Assembly: GCA_035552595.1 (NCBI GenBank)
Contig: DASZKZ010000035.1
Span: forward strand, 9,205-73,204
Reading direction: 5' to 3'
DNA length: 64,000 bases
Source: Candidatus Dormiibacterota bacterium
Lineage (GTDB): Bacteria > Chloroflexota > Dormibacteria > Aeolococcales > Aeolococcaceae
Numbering within the stretch: position 1 is the first letter of the stretch; every line of letters begins with the position of its first letter. Both the position numbers and the translations under genes were made by a program. The notes under the pieces are model-generated. The model was not told where the DNA came from, ran no database searches, and was given only the letters and a program-made list of their open reading frames with translations. This document shows, in pieces, positions 37,328-49,099 of the stretch.

Positions 37328-39499
37328 ATGAGCGAGCGCGCCGACGTCCTGCCCTTCTCAGCGCTCGTCGGCCAGGACGCCATGAAGCAGGCCCTCCTCC
37401 TCAATGCCGTCAACCCGGCCATCGGCGGCCTGCTCATCAGGGGCGAGAAGGGCACCGCCAAATCCACCGCGGTTCGCGGGCTGGCCGCCCTCCTCCCCGA
37501 CGTCGCCGTTGTCTCCGGATGCCGCTTCCAGTGCGAACCGGGCGCGCCGGCGACCTGGTGCGAGGAGTGTCGCGAGCGCGCCGCCGCCGGTGAGGCCATG
37601 CACAGCGAGACGCGGCCCATGCGCGTGGTGGAGCTGCCGGTGAACGCCAGCGAGGACCGGGTGGTGGGGAGCATCGACGTGGAGGCGGCCATCAAGCGCG
37701 GCGAACGTCGCTTCGAACCCGGGCTTCTGGCGGCTGCCAACCGCAACCTGCTCTACGTCGACGAGGTCAACCTTCTCGACGATCACCTCGTCGACGTGCT
37801 CCTCGACGCGGCGGCCATGGGGGTCAACACCGTGGAGCGTGAGGGGATCTCGCTCTCACATCCGGCGCGGCTGATGCTGGTGGGAACGATGAATCCCGAG
37901 GAGGGGGACCTCCGTCCCCAGCTGCTCGACCGCTTCGGGCTCTGCGTCGAGGTCGGCGGCCTGCAGGCGCTCGACGACCGGGTCACAGTCATGGAGCGAG
38001 CCATGCGCAGGGCTGCGGTGCTCTCCAGCGACGAAGAGCGCGACCAGCAGCGGCTCCGTGAGGTGATCGCCCGTGCCACCGAGATCCTCAGCCTGGTGCA
38101 CATCTCCAGAGCCATGCGCCAGTTCATCGCCCTCATCTGCGTGGATGCGGGCGCCGTCGGCCATCGCGCCGACCTGGTGATCAGCCGCACCGCGCAGACC
38201 ATCTGCGCCTGGCGCGAGGCGGAGAGGCTGGTGGACGCCGGGCCGACGGATGCCGTGCGGGAGATGGAAGAGCTGGCGGTCAGCGCCGCCGACGTGGTCG
38301 CGGCCGCCGACCTCGCGCTGGCCCACCGCCGTCACGAACATCCCGCGTCCGACGGCAGCAGCGCCGCACCGGCGGCGGAGGCCGCGCGTGAGCGCATGGA
38401 GGAGATGCGTCGCGATGCGGAGGCATCCGCAGCTCAGTCGGATTCGACGGAGGAGACCGCGAACGCCGAGGCGCCCCAAGATTCGACGGCAACCTCCGAT
38501 CAGGGGGAGGGCGCCTCCCACGGAGACCAGGCTCGCGCCACTGAGTCGACCGCCACCGGCGCGCCCCAGCACTTCGCCGGGGAGCTCTTCCCGGTGCGCA
38601 AGATCAGCCTGCCCCGCGACCGGCGCAGCCGCAAGGCGAGTGGCAAGCGCACCCAGTCGAAGAGCCCAGACCGGCGGGGCCGGTACGTGCGTGCGGAGCA
38701 GAGCGAGCACACCTCGGACGTGGCCTTCGACGCCACCGTTCGCGCGGCGGCACCGCATCAGCTTCGCCGCCGTGAGGATGCGGCGGCCGCCGGAGTGATG
38801 GATGCTCCCGCTCTTCACCTCGAGCGCCAGGACCTGCGCCAGAAGGTGCGCCGGCGCCGCACCGGCACGCTCATCGTCTTCGTCGTCGACGCCAGCGCGT
38901 CGATGGACGCCGAGCAGCGCATGCAGGCCACCAAGGGTGCGGTGCTCTCCCTGCTTCGCGATGCGTACGTTCGTCGCGACAAGGTGTCGTTGGTGGTCTT
39001 CTCGGGACGCAGCGCACGCGTGGTCCTGCAACCGACGTCGAGCGTCGACCTCGCCGAGGAGCGCCTTCAGCGGCTCGCCGTCGGTGGCACCACGCCGTTG
39101 ACCCACGGACTGGTGGCGGGGCTCAAGGTGGTCCGGACCGAGCGCCTCCGCGACGCCTCCGTGTACCCGCTGATGGTTCTCATCAGCGATGGGCGGGGCA
39201 ATATCTCGCTCTTTGGTGAGGAGCCGTTGCTCGAGGCTCAGCGCCTGGCCGCGCAGATCGGGATGGAGCACGTGCGCATGCTGGTCATCGACTCGGCGCG
39301 CGATCACATCACCGCGACCCCGCTTCCCCGGGTCGGTGCCGCCACCACCCCGCCGCGTTCGCAGCTGTTCAGTGGCGGCTACGGGTTCAACGCCTGCCTC
39401 GACCTCGCCGAGCGCGCCGGCGGGGAGTATCTGGGCCTCTACGACCTCAGCCAGGGAGCGATTCTCGCCGGGGTGGAGCGCAGCCTGCGCGCCCGATGA
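37328..39499 (+). CDS. ChlD/BchD/CobT-like chelatase subunit: N-terminal ChlI-like AAA+ module, acidic/Pro-rich linker, C-terminal VWA (MIDAS) domain
   Basis: Walker [10 protein letters not shown], Walker [13 protein letters not shown], sensor/arginine finger region; C4 insert [17 protein letters not shown]; linker rich in D/E/S/A/P; VWA with [14 protein letters not shown]...TPL; 723 aa. Confidence 0.8.
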   Translation: MSERADVLPFSALVGQDAMKQALLLNAVNPAIGGLLIRGEKGTAKSTAVRGLAALLPDVAVVSGCRFQCEPGAPATWCEECRERAAAGEAMHSETRPMRVVELPVNASEDRVVGSIDVEAAIKRGERRFEPGLLAAANRNLLYVDEVNLLDDHLVDVLLDAAAMGVNTVEREGISLSHPARLMLVGTMNPEEGDLRPQLLDRFGLCVEVGGLQALDDRVTVMERAMRRAAVLSSDEERDQQRLREVIARATEILSLVHISRAMRQFIALICVDAGAVGHRADLVISRTAQTICAWREAERLVDAGPTDAVREMEELAVSAADVVAAADLALAHRRHEHPASDGSSAAPAAEAARERMEEMRRDAEASAAQSDSTEETANAEAPQDSTATSDQGEGASHGDQARATESTATGAPQHFAGELFPVRKISLPRDRRSRKASGKRTQSKSPDRRGRYVRAEQSEHTSDVAFDATVRAAAPHQLRRREDAAAAGVMDAPALHLERQDLRQKVRRRRTGTLIVFVVDASASMDAEQRMQATKGAVLSLLRDAYVRRDKVSLVVFSGRSARVVLQPTSSVDLAEERLQRLAVGGTTPLTHGLVAGLKVVRTERLRDASVYPLMVLISDGRGNISLFGEEPLLEAQRLAAQIGMEHVRMLVIDSARDHITATPLPRVGAATTPPRSQLFSGGYGFNACLDLAERAGGEYLGLYDLSQGAILAGVERSLRAR

Positions 39500-40590
39500 C
39501 GGACCGCGGCCGGGCGATGCCGCCAAACAGAGACAATCGCAGAATGCTCGTGGGTCGCTCCGTCTTTCCGTTCACCGCCATCGTCGGCCAGGAGCCGATG
39601 CGCCAGGCGCTGGTGCTCAATGCCATCAACCCGGCCATCGGGGGGGTGCTGATCCGGGGTGAGAAGGGAACCGCCAAATCGACGGCGGTACGCGCGCTGG
39701 CCCGTCTGCTTCCCGAGCAGGAGGTTGTCGTGGGCTGCCTCTTCGGCTGTGCGCCCGAGCCCGGCGAGCAGCAGTGCGCCGACTGCAGCACCCGCAGCGC
39801 CGGCGGAGAGGAGCTGCCCAGCGAGCCGCGCCAGATGCGCGTCGTCGAGCTGCCCATCAACGCCAGCGAGGACCGCGTTGTGGGGAGCATCGACATCGAG
39901 GCCGCCATCAAGACGGGCGAGAAGCGCTTCGAGCCCGGCGTCCTCGCCGAGGCCAATCGCAACATCCTCTACGTCGACGAGGTCAACCTGCTCGACGACC
40001 ACATCGTCGACGTGTTGCTCGACGCCGCGGCCATGGGGCTGAACACTGTCGAGCGTGAGGGTGTCTCGGTGTCGCATCCCGCCCGGTTCATCCTGGTCGG
40101 CACCATGAACCCGGAGGAGGGCGACCTCCGTCCCCAGCTGCTCGACCGCTTCGGTCTCTGTGTCGACGTGGCCGGGATCCGTGACGTGGCCCAGCGGGTC
40201 GAGATCGTCGAGCGTCGCGAGGAGTTCGAAGAGGACCCCGAGGCCTTCGCGATCCGCTTCGAGGCGCAGGAGAACGCCGAGGCCGACAGGATCTCCCGGG
40301 CCATCCGCACCCTTCCGGACGTGGAGATCGATCGCGACATCCTGGTCGGCATCGCCGCGCTCGGCATCGAGCTCGAGGTCGACGGCCACCGCGCCGACAT
40401 CGTGACCCGCAAGAGCGCCCAGGCGCTGGCGGCGTACGAGAACCGTGACCGGGCCACCTTCGAGGACGTCGAGCGGGTGGCTCCGGCAGTGCTCGCCCAC
40501 CGGGTCAAGCCGGCGGTGGCTGGGACCAAGCGCGGGGTGGACCTCGGCGAGGTGCTGCGCCGCGCCGGCGGGCGGGGCCCGGCCGCCTAG
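39496..40590 (+). CDS. ChlI/BchI/CobS-like AAA+ chelatase ATPase subunit
   Basis: ATGA overlap with upstream gene; [40 protein letters not shown]; paralogous to N-terminus of preceding ORF including C4 insert [17 protein letters not shown]. Confidence 0.85.
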   Translation: MTDRGRAMPPNRDNRRMLVGRSVFPFTAIVGQEPMRQALVLNAINPAIGGVLIRGEKGTAKSTAVRALARLLPEQEVVVGCLFGCAPEPGEQQCADCSTRSAGGEELPSEPRQMRVVELPINASEDRVVGSIDIEAAIKTGEKRFEPGVLAEANRNILYVDEVNLLDDHIVDVLLDAAAMGLNTVEREGVSVSHPARFILVGTMNPEEGDLRPQLLDRFGLCVDVAGIRDVAQRVEIVERREEFEEDPEAFAIRFEAQENAEADRISRAIRTLPDVEIDRDILVGIAALGIELEVDGHRADIVTRKSAQALAAYENRDRATFEDVERVAPAVLAHRVKPAVAGTKRGVDLGEVLRRAGGRGPAA

Positions 40591-40612
40591 GGGTCTGCGG
40601 GGCCGGGCGCCC

Positions 40613-41878
40613 TCAGACCGCGGTCTCGTCCTCATCGATCACCGAGATGACGGGGCGTCGAGCGAACACGGTCTGGCGCATCAGCCGCTGCAGCAGGTTG
40701 GGCATCCGGTAGCTGGTCACGGGAACCGTCACGGGGTTGCGCTCGATGTTGCGACGCGAGATGTGGATGCCGTGCCTGGGCAGGATCTGGCGGAGATACC
40801 CCCAGGTGTCATAGAGACCGTTGCTCACCGATTCGTAGCCGTGCTGCAGGACCATGAGACGGGCGCTGTAGGACATCAGCTCATGGAAGAACATCTTCTC
40901 GTCGTCCGGCCGCGGCTCGATGAGCAGGATGTCGACGTCGGGATGGTTGTGGCGCACCAGCTTGATGTGATCCAGCAGCCCGTCATGGAGCATGCCCCGG
41001 AACACCTGGTTGTAGATTCCGCGCATGCCCATGTCGGAGAGGTGGTCGCCCACCAGCTGGCGCAGGCCCTCCGGGGGATCGAGGTTGCGGACATCCACCG
41101 GGACGATCGGGTTGATGGCGACGATCAGGGTCGCGCCGCGATCGACGGCGACATCGATCGCCGAGATTCCCTTGATTCCGCCGTCGACGTAGTCGACATC
41201 GTCAATACGCACCGGCCGGAACAGCATGGGGATGGCCGTGCTCGCCGCCGCGGCCATGGAGATGGGCACGTGGGCGTGCTTGTTGAATGCGGAGAAGACC
41301 ACCCGCTGGCCGGAGTCGAGCGCGCAGGCCACGATGTGGAGCTCGCGGTCGAGGTCGCGGAAATCGTTGCTGAATCCCTCCCGGGTGAGCAGGCGCTCGA
41401 GGAAGCGCACCAGCTCCACGTTGCTGAACACGCCCGACGGCAGAAGGGGGCTGAGCATGCCGAGGACGTCGACGGGATTGAGCTTGCCGGGGTGCCGGGC
41501 CAGCTCCCAGACGATCTCCTGGGTGAGTCGCGGCAGCTTCGTCAGCCGGGCAGCGGCTTCGGCGACGTTGGGGCGGTAGAGCCCCCACCGCGACGGCGGC
41601 CGGAGCAGCTGGTTGCTGCCCTCCACCCCCAGTGCCATCTCCGTGGGGGTGATGCCGCTGGCCAGCAGCGCCCCCACCATCGACCCCGCGCTGGTGCCCA
41701 CATAGACGTCGAAATCGTTGACGCTGCTGCCCACCAGGAGGTCGTCGAGCGCGCGCAGCGCGCCGATCTCGTAGGTCAGCCCGGTGATGCCTCCGCCGCA
41801 GAGCACGAGCGCCCGCTTCCCTCCGGAGGGATCGGGGGCGACGCGGCGCACGGGCCCGGCGCGCCTGCGAGTGGCCAT
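40613..41878 (-). CDS. patatin-like phospholipase
   Basis: GGGxxG (CGGGITG), nucleophile elbow GTSAGS, catalytic Asp in VDGGI; 421 aa; convergent with chlI-like gene (22-bp gap). Confidence 0.85.
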   Translation of the reverse strand: MATRRRAGPVRRVAPDPSGGKRALVLCGGGITGLTYEIGALRALDDLLVGSSVNDFDVYVGTSAGSMVGALLASGITPTEMALGVEGSNQLLRPPSRWGLYRPNVAEAAARLTKLPRLTQEIVWELARHPGKLNPVDVLGMLSPLLPSGVFSNVELVRFLERLLTREGFSNDFRDLDRELHIVACALDSGQRVVFSAFNKHAHVPISMAAAASTAIPMLFRPVRIDDVDYVDGGIKGISAIDVAVDRGATLIVAINPIVPVDVRNLDPPEGLRQLVGDHLSDMGMRGIYNQVFRGMLHDGLLDHIKLVRHNHPDVDILLIEPRPDDEKMFFHELMSYSARLMVLQHGYESVSNGLYDTWGYLRQILPRHGIHISRRNIERNPVTVPVTSYRMPNLLQRLMRQTVFARRPVISVIDEDETAV

Positions 41879-41920
41879 CTCCGGATCATATGGGAGCGGA
41901 CGCGGCTAGCATGGCCGCTC

Positions 41921-43729
<1,809 letters not shown>

Positions 43730-43731
43730 GC

Positions 43732-44394
43732 GTGGCCTCCAAGAGACGCCGCCGCCCGCCGGCCGCCAGGCGCGCCCCCGCCGAGGTGGCCCCGGGGGCC
43801 CCGGTGGCGCCCGCCGCCACCCCCACACCCAGATCGCGGTCGTGGAGCGCCGTCGACGCGGCCGGCGAACAGCGCTGGAGCGGGGTGGGCCTGCTCGTCC
43901 TGCTCGGTCTGGCCTTCGTGGTGCAGATCCCCGTCGGCGCCGTCATCCACGTCACCCAGAACAGCAACCCGCTGATCATCGACATGTTCTTCTTCCAGCC
44001 GCAATACCTGGTGGTCGCCTGTGTGGTGGTGATGCCGGTGGCCCGCAGGCTGGCACGTCAGCCGCGCAACCTCCGTCTGCTCGAGTCACTGTCGCTGGGC
44101 ATCATGTACGCGCTCCTCTCCCTCATCCTGGGAACCGCGTTCGTGCACCCGGCCAGCGCGTCGGTGTCCACGGCACAGTTCATCAAGCAGCTGAAGCTGA
44201 CCGACGGCCTGCTCATCGCCGCCGGCGACGTGCTCGCCCTCTTCGGCACCGCGGCTCTCTATCCCGGTTTCAGCAGAATGCTCAGCGCCCCGGGGCGCCG
44301 GGCCCGGGCACGGATGCTGGCACGCACCGCCGCCGGTCGCCGGCCGGCGCCGCCAGGCCGCAGCCCCCGGAGCGGGGGCAGACCAGGCCGGTGA
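43732..44394 (+). CDS. hypothetical membrane protein inserted between lepA and hemW
   Basis: GTG 3 nt after lepA stop; Arg-rich N- and C-termini flanking 4-5 TM helices; stop overlaps hemW ATG (TGATG). Confidence 0.45.
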   Translation: MASKRRRRPPAARRAPAEVAPGAPVAPAATPTPRSRSWSAVDAAGEQRWSGVGLLVLLGLAFVVQIPVGAVIHVTQNSNPLIIDMFFFQPQYLVVACVVVMPVARRLARQPRNLRLLESLSLGIMYALLSLILGTAFVHPASASVSTAQFIKQLKLTDGLLIAAGDVLALFGTAALYPGFSRMLSAPGRRARARMLARTAAGRRPAPPGRSPRSGGRPGR

Positions 44395-45608
44395 TGACCA
44401 GGTCCGCTGAGAGCGCCGACCTCCACCGCTCCGCCGCCTCCGCGGCCGCGACCGTGACTGCGCTGTACCTTCATGTCCCCTACTGCGAGCGCAAGTGCGA
44501 GTACTGCGACTTCGTATCCGTGGCCGGCGCTCGCGGCCAGCACGAGTATGTCGGCGCGCTGATCGGCGAGCTCCGGGCGCTCGGTGCCGCGCTGGGCGGC
44601 TGTGCTCTCGACACCGTGTTCTGCGGCGGTGGCACTCCCGGGCTGCTCGATCTTGGCCTCATGGCGTCGCTCATGGAGGAGGTGCGCGCCAGCTTCGTGA
44701 TCGCACCCGGCGCCGAGCTGACCCTGGAGGTCAATCCCTCCAGCTCATCGGAGACCCGGGCCCGAGCGTGGCGAGCTGCCGGCTTCACCAGGGTCAGCGT
44801 CGGGGTGCAGAGCACGCACGCTGACATCCTCGGCTTCCTGGGCCGGGTCCACGACGCCGACCGGGCCATCGCCGCGCTCGCCGAGGTTCGCGCCGCCGGC
44901 TTCTCCAACGTCAGCGCCGACCTCATCTACGCGGTCCCCGGGCTCGACGACGCCCGCTGGCGGGAGTCCCTGGGGCGGGTCGTGGACGCCGCTCCCGACC
45001 ATGTGTCGTGCTACGAGCTCACCGTGGAGACTGGGACCCCCTTGCATCGGGCCGTGGCCGAGGGCCGGGTTCGTGCCGTCGACTTCGAGGCCGCTCTGCG
45101 CCAGCACGGCATGGCCATCGACATCCTGGCCCGCGCCGGCTATACGCAGTACGAGGTCAGCAACTTCTCGCGCCCGGGCCGGCAGTGCCGCCACAACCTG
45201 GTGTACTGGCGCAACGGCTACTACGCGGCCGCCGGGGTCGGCGCCCACGGACACCTCCCGGCGGCGCTCGCCCCCGCCTTCGGGCTGGATCCGCCGGCGG
45301 GCGTGACCGCGTTCCGCTACGAGCACGGTCGCGACATCGCCGGATATCTCGGGGACCGAGCCGCCGCGCCCCTGACGGTGCGCAGCCACGAGTGGGTCGA
45401 CCCGGGGATGCGCAGCGAGGAGGCGATCATGCTGGGTCTGCGCCTGCGCGAAGGCGTGCGCCTGGAGGGCCAGGAGGCGCTGCAGGAGGCCCGCGAGCTG
45501 GCCGCCGCCGGCCTCCTGGAGCTCGACGGCGGGCGTGCCAGGGCGACCGCCCGCGGCGAGGAGGTGCTCAACCAGCTGGCCCTCCGGCTCGCCGTGCCCG
45601 GGGGCTGA
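44394..45608 (+). CDS. hemW: radical-SAM heme chaperone HemW (HemN-like, oxygen-independent coproporphyrinogen oxidase family)
   Basis: ALYLHVPYCERKCEYCDF CxxxCxxC radical-SAM motif; HemN C-terminal domain; conserved lepA-hemW synteny; alternative GTG start at ~44451. Confidence 0.85.
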   Translation: MTRSAESADLHRSAASAAATVTALYLHVPYCERKCEYCDFVSVAGARGQHEYVGALIGELRALGAALGGCALDTVFCGGGTPGLLDLGLMASLMEEVRASFVIAPGAELTLEVNPSSSSETRARAWRAAGFTRVSVGVQSTHADILGFLGRVHDADRAIAALAEVRAAGFSNVSADLIYAVPGLDDARWRESLGRVVDAAPDHVSCYELTVETGTPLHRAVAEGRVRAVDFEAALRQHGMAIDILARAGYTQYEVSNFSRPGRQCRHNLVYWRNGYYAAAGVGAHGHLPAALAPAFGLDPPAGVTAFRYEHGRDIAGYLGDRAAAPLTVRSHEWVDPGMRSEEAIMLGLRLREGVRLEGQEALQEARELAAAGLLELDGGRARATARGEEVLNQLALRLAVPGG

Positions 45609-45930
45609 CCGTCGCTTCTGCAGGCGCCGGTGTGGTCACTGTGTAACGCCGCCGCCGACCCCGGCGGATGGGGCAGACGGGGCGGTCACGATGTGCTCTC
45701 GGGACTGGAAGTCCGAGGTGGAATTCTTCAGGATTGCGTCCCATGAGCCGGCCGCCCATCCATCAGCCTCCGCCCAGCCCGGTCGTCAGCGAGCTGGTGC
45801 GCGCCGGCCTCACTCTGTCGACCGCGATGGCCATGGAGGGGTGGAAGGCCCGCGAGGTGCTCGAGCTCCTCCACAGCTCGGGACGCGGCGGCCCTCAGCG
45901 CGAGCCCGCGATGCCGGGCCGTGGTAGCAT

Positions 45931-45957
45931 TTAGCACTCGATAGTACAGAGTGCTAA
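45931..45957 (+). promoter_or_regulatory. CIRCE operator (HrcA binding site), perfect 9-N9-9 inverted repeat
   Basis: TTAGCACTC-GATAGTACA-GAGTGCTAA read directly; preceded by TAGCAT -10-like hexamer (45925-30). Confidence 0.9.
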
Positions 45958-45992
45958 GCGCCGCGCGAGTTGAGGCGGCGAAGGAGACCGCG

Positions 45993-47033
45993 TTGGAGAC
46001 CCCCGTCCCCACCCCCCTCGACTCGCGAAAGCAGCAGATCCTCAAGGCGGTCGTGGCCGACTACACGCGCACCGGGGTCCCGGTCGGCTCCCACGCGGTG
46101 GCCATCCACCTGGCCTCGTGGTCGTCGGCGACGATTCGCAACGAGCTGGCCAACCTGGTCGAAGTGGGCTACCTCCTCCAGCCCCACACCTCAGCGGGGC
46201 GGGTTCCGTCCGACCTCGGGTACCGCTACTACGTCGACTTCCTCATGGAGGAGGAGCCTGTCCCGGTGGCGGTGCGGCGCCAGATGGACCCCTTCTTCGC
46301 CCTGCTCACCGGCGGCCTCGAGGAGACCCTGGAGGTGGCGGCGAGGGCGCTGGCGCTGGCCACCGACGCGGTCAGCATGGTGACCGGGCCGCGGGCTCTG
46401 GGGGCCACCCTCAAGCACCTCGACATCATCTCGCTGGAGCCGCGCCACGCTCTGCTGCTGGTCGTGCTCGAGGGCAACCTGATCCGCCAGCAGCCCATCG
46501 CCCTGAGCCGCGACGCCGACCAGCTGGAGCTGAGCGGCCTGGCCCACCATCTCAACGCGCTCTGCCATGGAGGCGACGCGCGCCAGGTGGCGGCGCTCTC
46601 GGCCGTCCCGGCCGACGGCTCCCTGTGGATCGAGGCGGTCCCCGCCATCGCCGCCCTCATGGAGTCCATCGATGCCGGCCAGGACACCCTGGTGGTCCAC
46701 GACGGGGTGCGCAACCTCCTCCATCAGCCCGAGTTCGGCGACGTGGAGCGCTTCCAGGAGGTGCTCGACCTGCTCGAGGAGGAACGGGTCCTCGGTGAGA
46801 TGCTCGCCGCCATCGAGACCAGCCACGGCACCCAGATCATGATCGGCCGCGAGACCGGCCTCGAACAGCTCCGGCAGTGCAGCCTGGTCATGACCACGTA
46901 CCGCGTGGGCACGCAGCGATGGGGGACGCTCGGCGTGCTCGGCCCCACGCGCATGCAGTACTCGCAGGTGGCGCCCCGGGTGCGCTACGTGGCCACCCGG
47001 GTGGGTGACTCGCTGAGCAGGACGCTGCGATGA
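45993..47033 (+). CDS. hrcA: heat-inducible transcription repressor HrcA
   Basis: TTG start 6 nt after AAGGAG, downstream of CIRCE; N-terminal wHTH ILKAVVADYTRTGVPVGSHAV; 346 aa. Confidence 0.85.
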   Translation: METPVPTPLDSRKQQILKAVVADYTRTGVPVGSHAVAIHLASWSSATIRNELANLVEVGYLLQPHTSAGRVPSDLGYRYYVDFLMEEEPVPVAVRRQMDPFFALLTGGLEETLEVAARALALATDAVSMVTGPRALGATLKHLDIISLEPRHALLLVVLEGNLIRQQPIALSRDADQLELSGLAHHLNALCHGGDARQVAALSAVPADGSLWIEAVPAIAALMESIDAGQDTLVVHDGVRNLLHQPEFGDVERFQEVLDLLEEERVLGEMLAAIETSHGTQIMIGRETGLEQLRQCSLVMTTYRVGTQRWGTLGVLGPTRMQYSQVAPRVRYVATRVGDSLSRTLR

Positions 47034-47605
47034 CGACCAAGCGCGATCCCAAGTCCGGGCCGCGGAGTCACGCCGAGAAAGCCCCGCAGTCCGTGCCCGC
47101 GGGCGAGGAGACCGACCAGGACGTGGCCGAGGACGCACCCGACGCCGAGGTCGGCGCCAACGGTGCCGCCGAGGACGAGCGCTACCTGCGCCTGGCGGCC
47201 GATTTCGAGAACTTCCGGCGGCGCAAGAACCAGGAGCTGGCGGATCGCTCCCGCTACGCCAGCGAGGACGCCGCCCGCGCCCTCCTCCCGGTGCTCGACA
47301 ACCTCCGTCGTGCGGTGGCGCACGCCGCCGAGGACGGCACCACGGAACTCGTGAGCGGCCTGGAGCTGGTGGTGCGCGAGTTCGAGGCGGCGCTCGGCAA
47401 GCTCGGGGTGGAGCCCGTCGACGCGGTGGGACAACCGTTCGACCCGTCCCTCCACGAGGCCATCGCCGGAGAGGAGAGGGGCGATGTCGATGTGGACACG
47501 GTGATCGACGAGGTGCAGCGCGGCTATCGCCTCCACGACAGGCTGCTGCGCCCGTCGCTGGTGCGCGTCGCCCATCCCTCGGGCGCGACGGAGTCGGACG
47601 CCTAG
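47030..47605 (+). CDS. grpE: nucleotide exchange factor GrpE
   Basis: ATGA overlap with hrcA; YLRLAADFENFRRR GrpE motif and C-terminal beta domain. Confidence 0.85.
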   Translation: MTTKRDPKSGPRSHAEKAPQSVPAGEETDQDVAEDAPDAEVGANGAAEDERYLRLAADFENFRRRKNQELADRSRYASEDAARALLPVLDNLRRAVAHAAEDGTTELVSGLELVVREFEAALGKLGVEPVDAVGQPFDPSLHEAIAGEERGDVDVDTVIDEVQRGYRLHDRLLRPSLVRVAHPSGATESDA

Positions 47606-48717
47606 TGGCCACCGCCAAGCGCGACTACTACGAGGTGCTCGGAGTCGAGCGCAGCGCCACCGCGGCGCAGCTGAAGACCGCGTACCGCAAGCTGGCCATG
47701 GAGTTCCACCCCGACCGCAACCAGGGGGACAAGCAGGCGGAGGAGCGATTCAAGGAGGTCGGCGAGGCCTACTCGGTGCTCAGCGACGCGCAGAAGCGGC
47801 AGCGCTACGACGCCTACGGCCACGCCGCCAACGGGATGCCCGACCTCGGTGGATTCTCCTTCGACTCCGCGTTCGATCTCTTCGACATGTTCTTCGGCGG
47901 CGGTGGCGGTCGTGGCCGTCGCAGTGGCCCCCAGGCGGGCGCCGACCTGCGCATGAGCGTCGACATCAGCTTCGAAGAGTCGGTGTTCGGGGCCACACGC
48001 ACGGTCGAGGTTCCTCGCAAGGGCATCTGCGCTGATTGCCGCGGCAGCGGTGCCGCCGCGGGCACGCAGGCGGTGCCGTGCGCCGACTGCGGCGGGACCG
48101 GACAGGTGCGCCGCAGCGTGCAGAGCATCTTCGGTCAGATGGTCAACGTCAGCGCCTGCCCGCGCTGCCGTGGCGAGGGGCGCATCATCGAGCAGCCCTG
48201 TCCGACCTGTCGCGGGCAGGGGCGCGTCGACGAGCGGCAGAGGCTCGACATCACCATCCCCCCGGGGGTCGACGAGGACGTCACCCTGCGCTACGGCGGC
48301 CAGGGCGAGGCCGGGCCCCGGGGTGGCGCGCGCGGCGACCTGTATGTCGGCTTCCGAATCGCTCCGCACCCCCACCTCATCCGGCGCGGGCAGGACCTTC
48401 TCTACGAGCTCGCGGTCAGCGTGCCTCAGGCGGTGCTCGGTGACCGCATCACGGTGCCGACGGTCACCGGAGAGCACCAGGTGGACGTTCCCCCCGGAAC
48501 TCAGCACGGCAAGGTGCTGAAGATCGCGGGGATGGGCGTGCCCCACGTCCGCAGCGGGCGCCGCGGCGACCAGCTCTGCGTCGTCCACGTCGCCGTGCCC
48601 ACCCACCTCACCGGTGACGAGCGCGACCTGTATGAGCGGCTGGGCCGGCGCGACGGCCAACCGGCCGAGGTCAGGAAGGGCTTCTTCGACGCCCTCAAGG
48701 ACGCGTTCCGGGGTTGA
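47605..48717 (+). CDS. dnaJ: molecular chaperone DnaJ
   Basis: GTG start overlapping grpE stop; J-domain with HPD (EFHPDRN), G/F region, four CxxCxGxG zinc repeats, C-terminal domain. Confidence 0.9.
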   Translation: MATAKRDYYEVLGVERSATAAQLKTAYRKLAMEFHPDRNQGDKQAEERFKEVGEAYSVLSDAQKRQRYDAYGHAANGMPDLGGFSFDSAFDLFDMFFGGGGGRGRRSGPQAGADLRMSVDISFEESVFGATRTVEVPRKGICADCRGSGAAAGTQAVPCADCGGTGQVRRSVQSIFGQMVNVSACPRCRGEGRIIEQPCPTCRGQGRVDERQRLDITIPPGVDEDVTLRYGGQGEAGPRGGARGDLYVGFRIAPHPHLIRRGQDLLYELAVSVPQAVLGDRITVPTVTGEHQVDVPPGTQHGKVLKIAGMGVPHVRSGRRGDQLCVVHVAVPTHLTGDERDLYERLGRRDGQPAEVRKGFFDALKDAFRG

Positions 48718-48754
48718 GCCCGGAGCGCCGCACCCTGGCGGCGTCGCCCCAGAG

Positions 48755-49099
48755 CTAGCCGGGGGGCCAGGTCATGGGGCGGCCGCCGAGCAGGTGGAGG
48801 TGGAGGTGGGCCACGGTCTGGCCGCCGCCGCGGCCGATGTTGGTGACAATCCGGAAGCCGTCGGCGTCGATGCCCTCGCTCCGGGCCAGCTGCAGGGCGA
48901 CCTGGAGCAGCCGGGCCCAGAGGGCGTCGTCGGCGGGAGACAGGTCGGCGGCCGAGGCGATGTGCCGTCGCGGGATCACCAGGATGTGGGTGGGGGCCTG
49001 GGGGTTGATGTCGCGGAACGCCACCACCGTCTCGTCATCGTGCACGTGCGTGGCGGGGATCTCGCCGGCCGCGATGGCGCAGAAGAGGCAGTCGGTCAT
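48755..49099 (-). CDS. HIT-family (histidine triad) hydrolase
   Basis: Start at MTDCLFCAI inside a longer ORF; HLHLHLLGG histidine triad; 114 aa; abuts mtaB stop. Confidence 0.8.
   Translation of the reverse strand: MTDCLFCAIAAGEIPATHVHDDETVVAFRDINPQAPTHILVIPRRHIASAADLSPADDALWARLLQVALQLARSEGIDADGFRIVTNIGRGGGQTVAHLHLHLLGGRPMTWPPG

Noticed and set aside
37856-40635. 556-aa and 398-aa minus-strand ORFs antisense to the chlD/chlI-like genes
   Set aside because: Both + strand genes have complete AAA+ and VWA motifs. The antisense ORFs have no motifs.
40445-41920. Upstream 492 codons of ORF 40445..43729
   Set aside because: Antisense to the patatin gene. LepA homology begins only at the GTG at 41921, which matches the conserved [17 protein letters not shown]-terminus.
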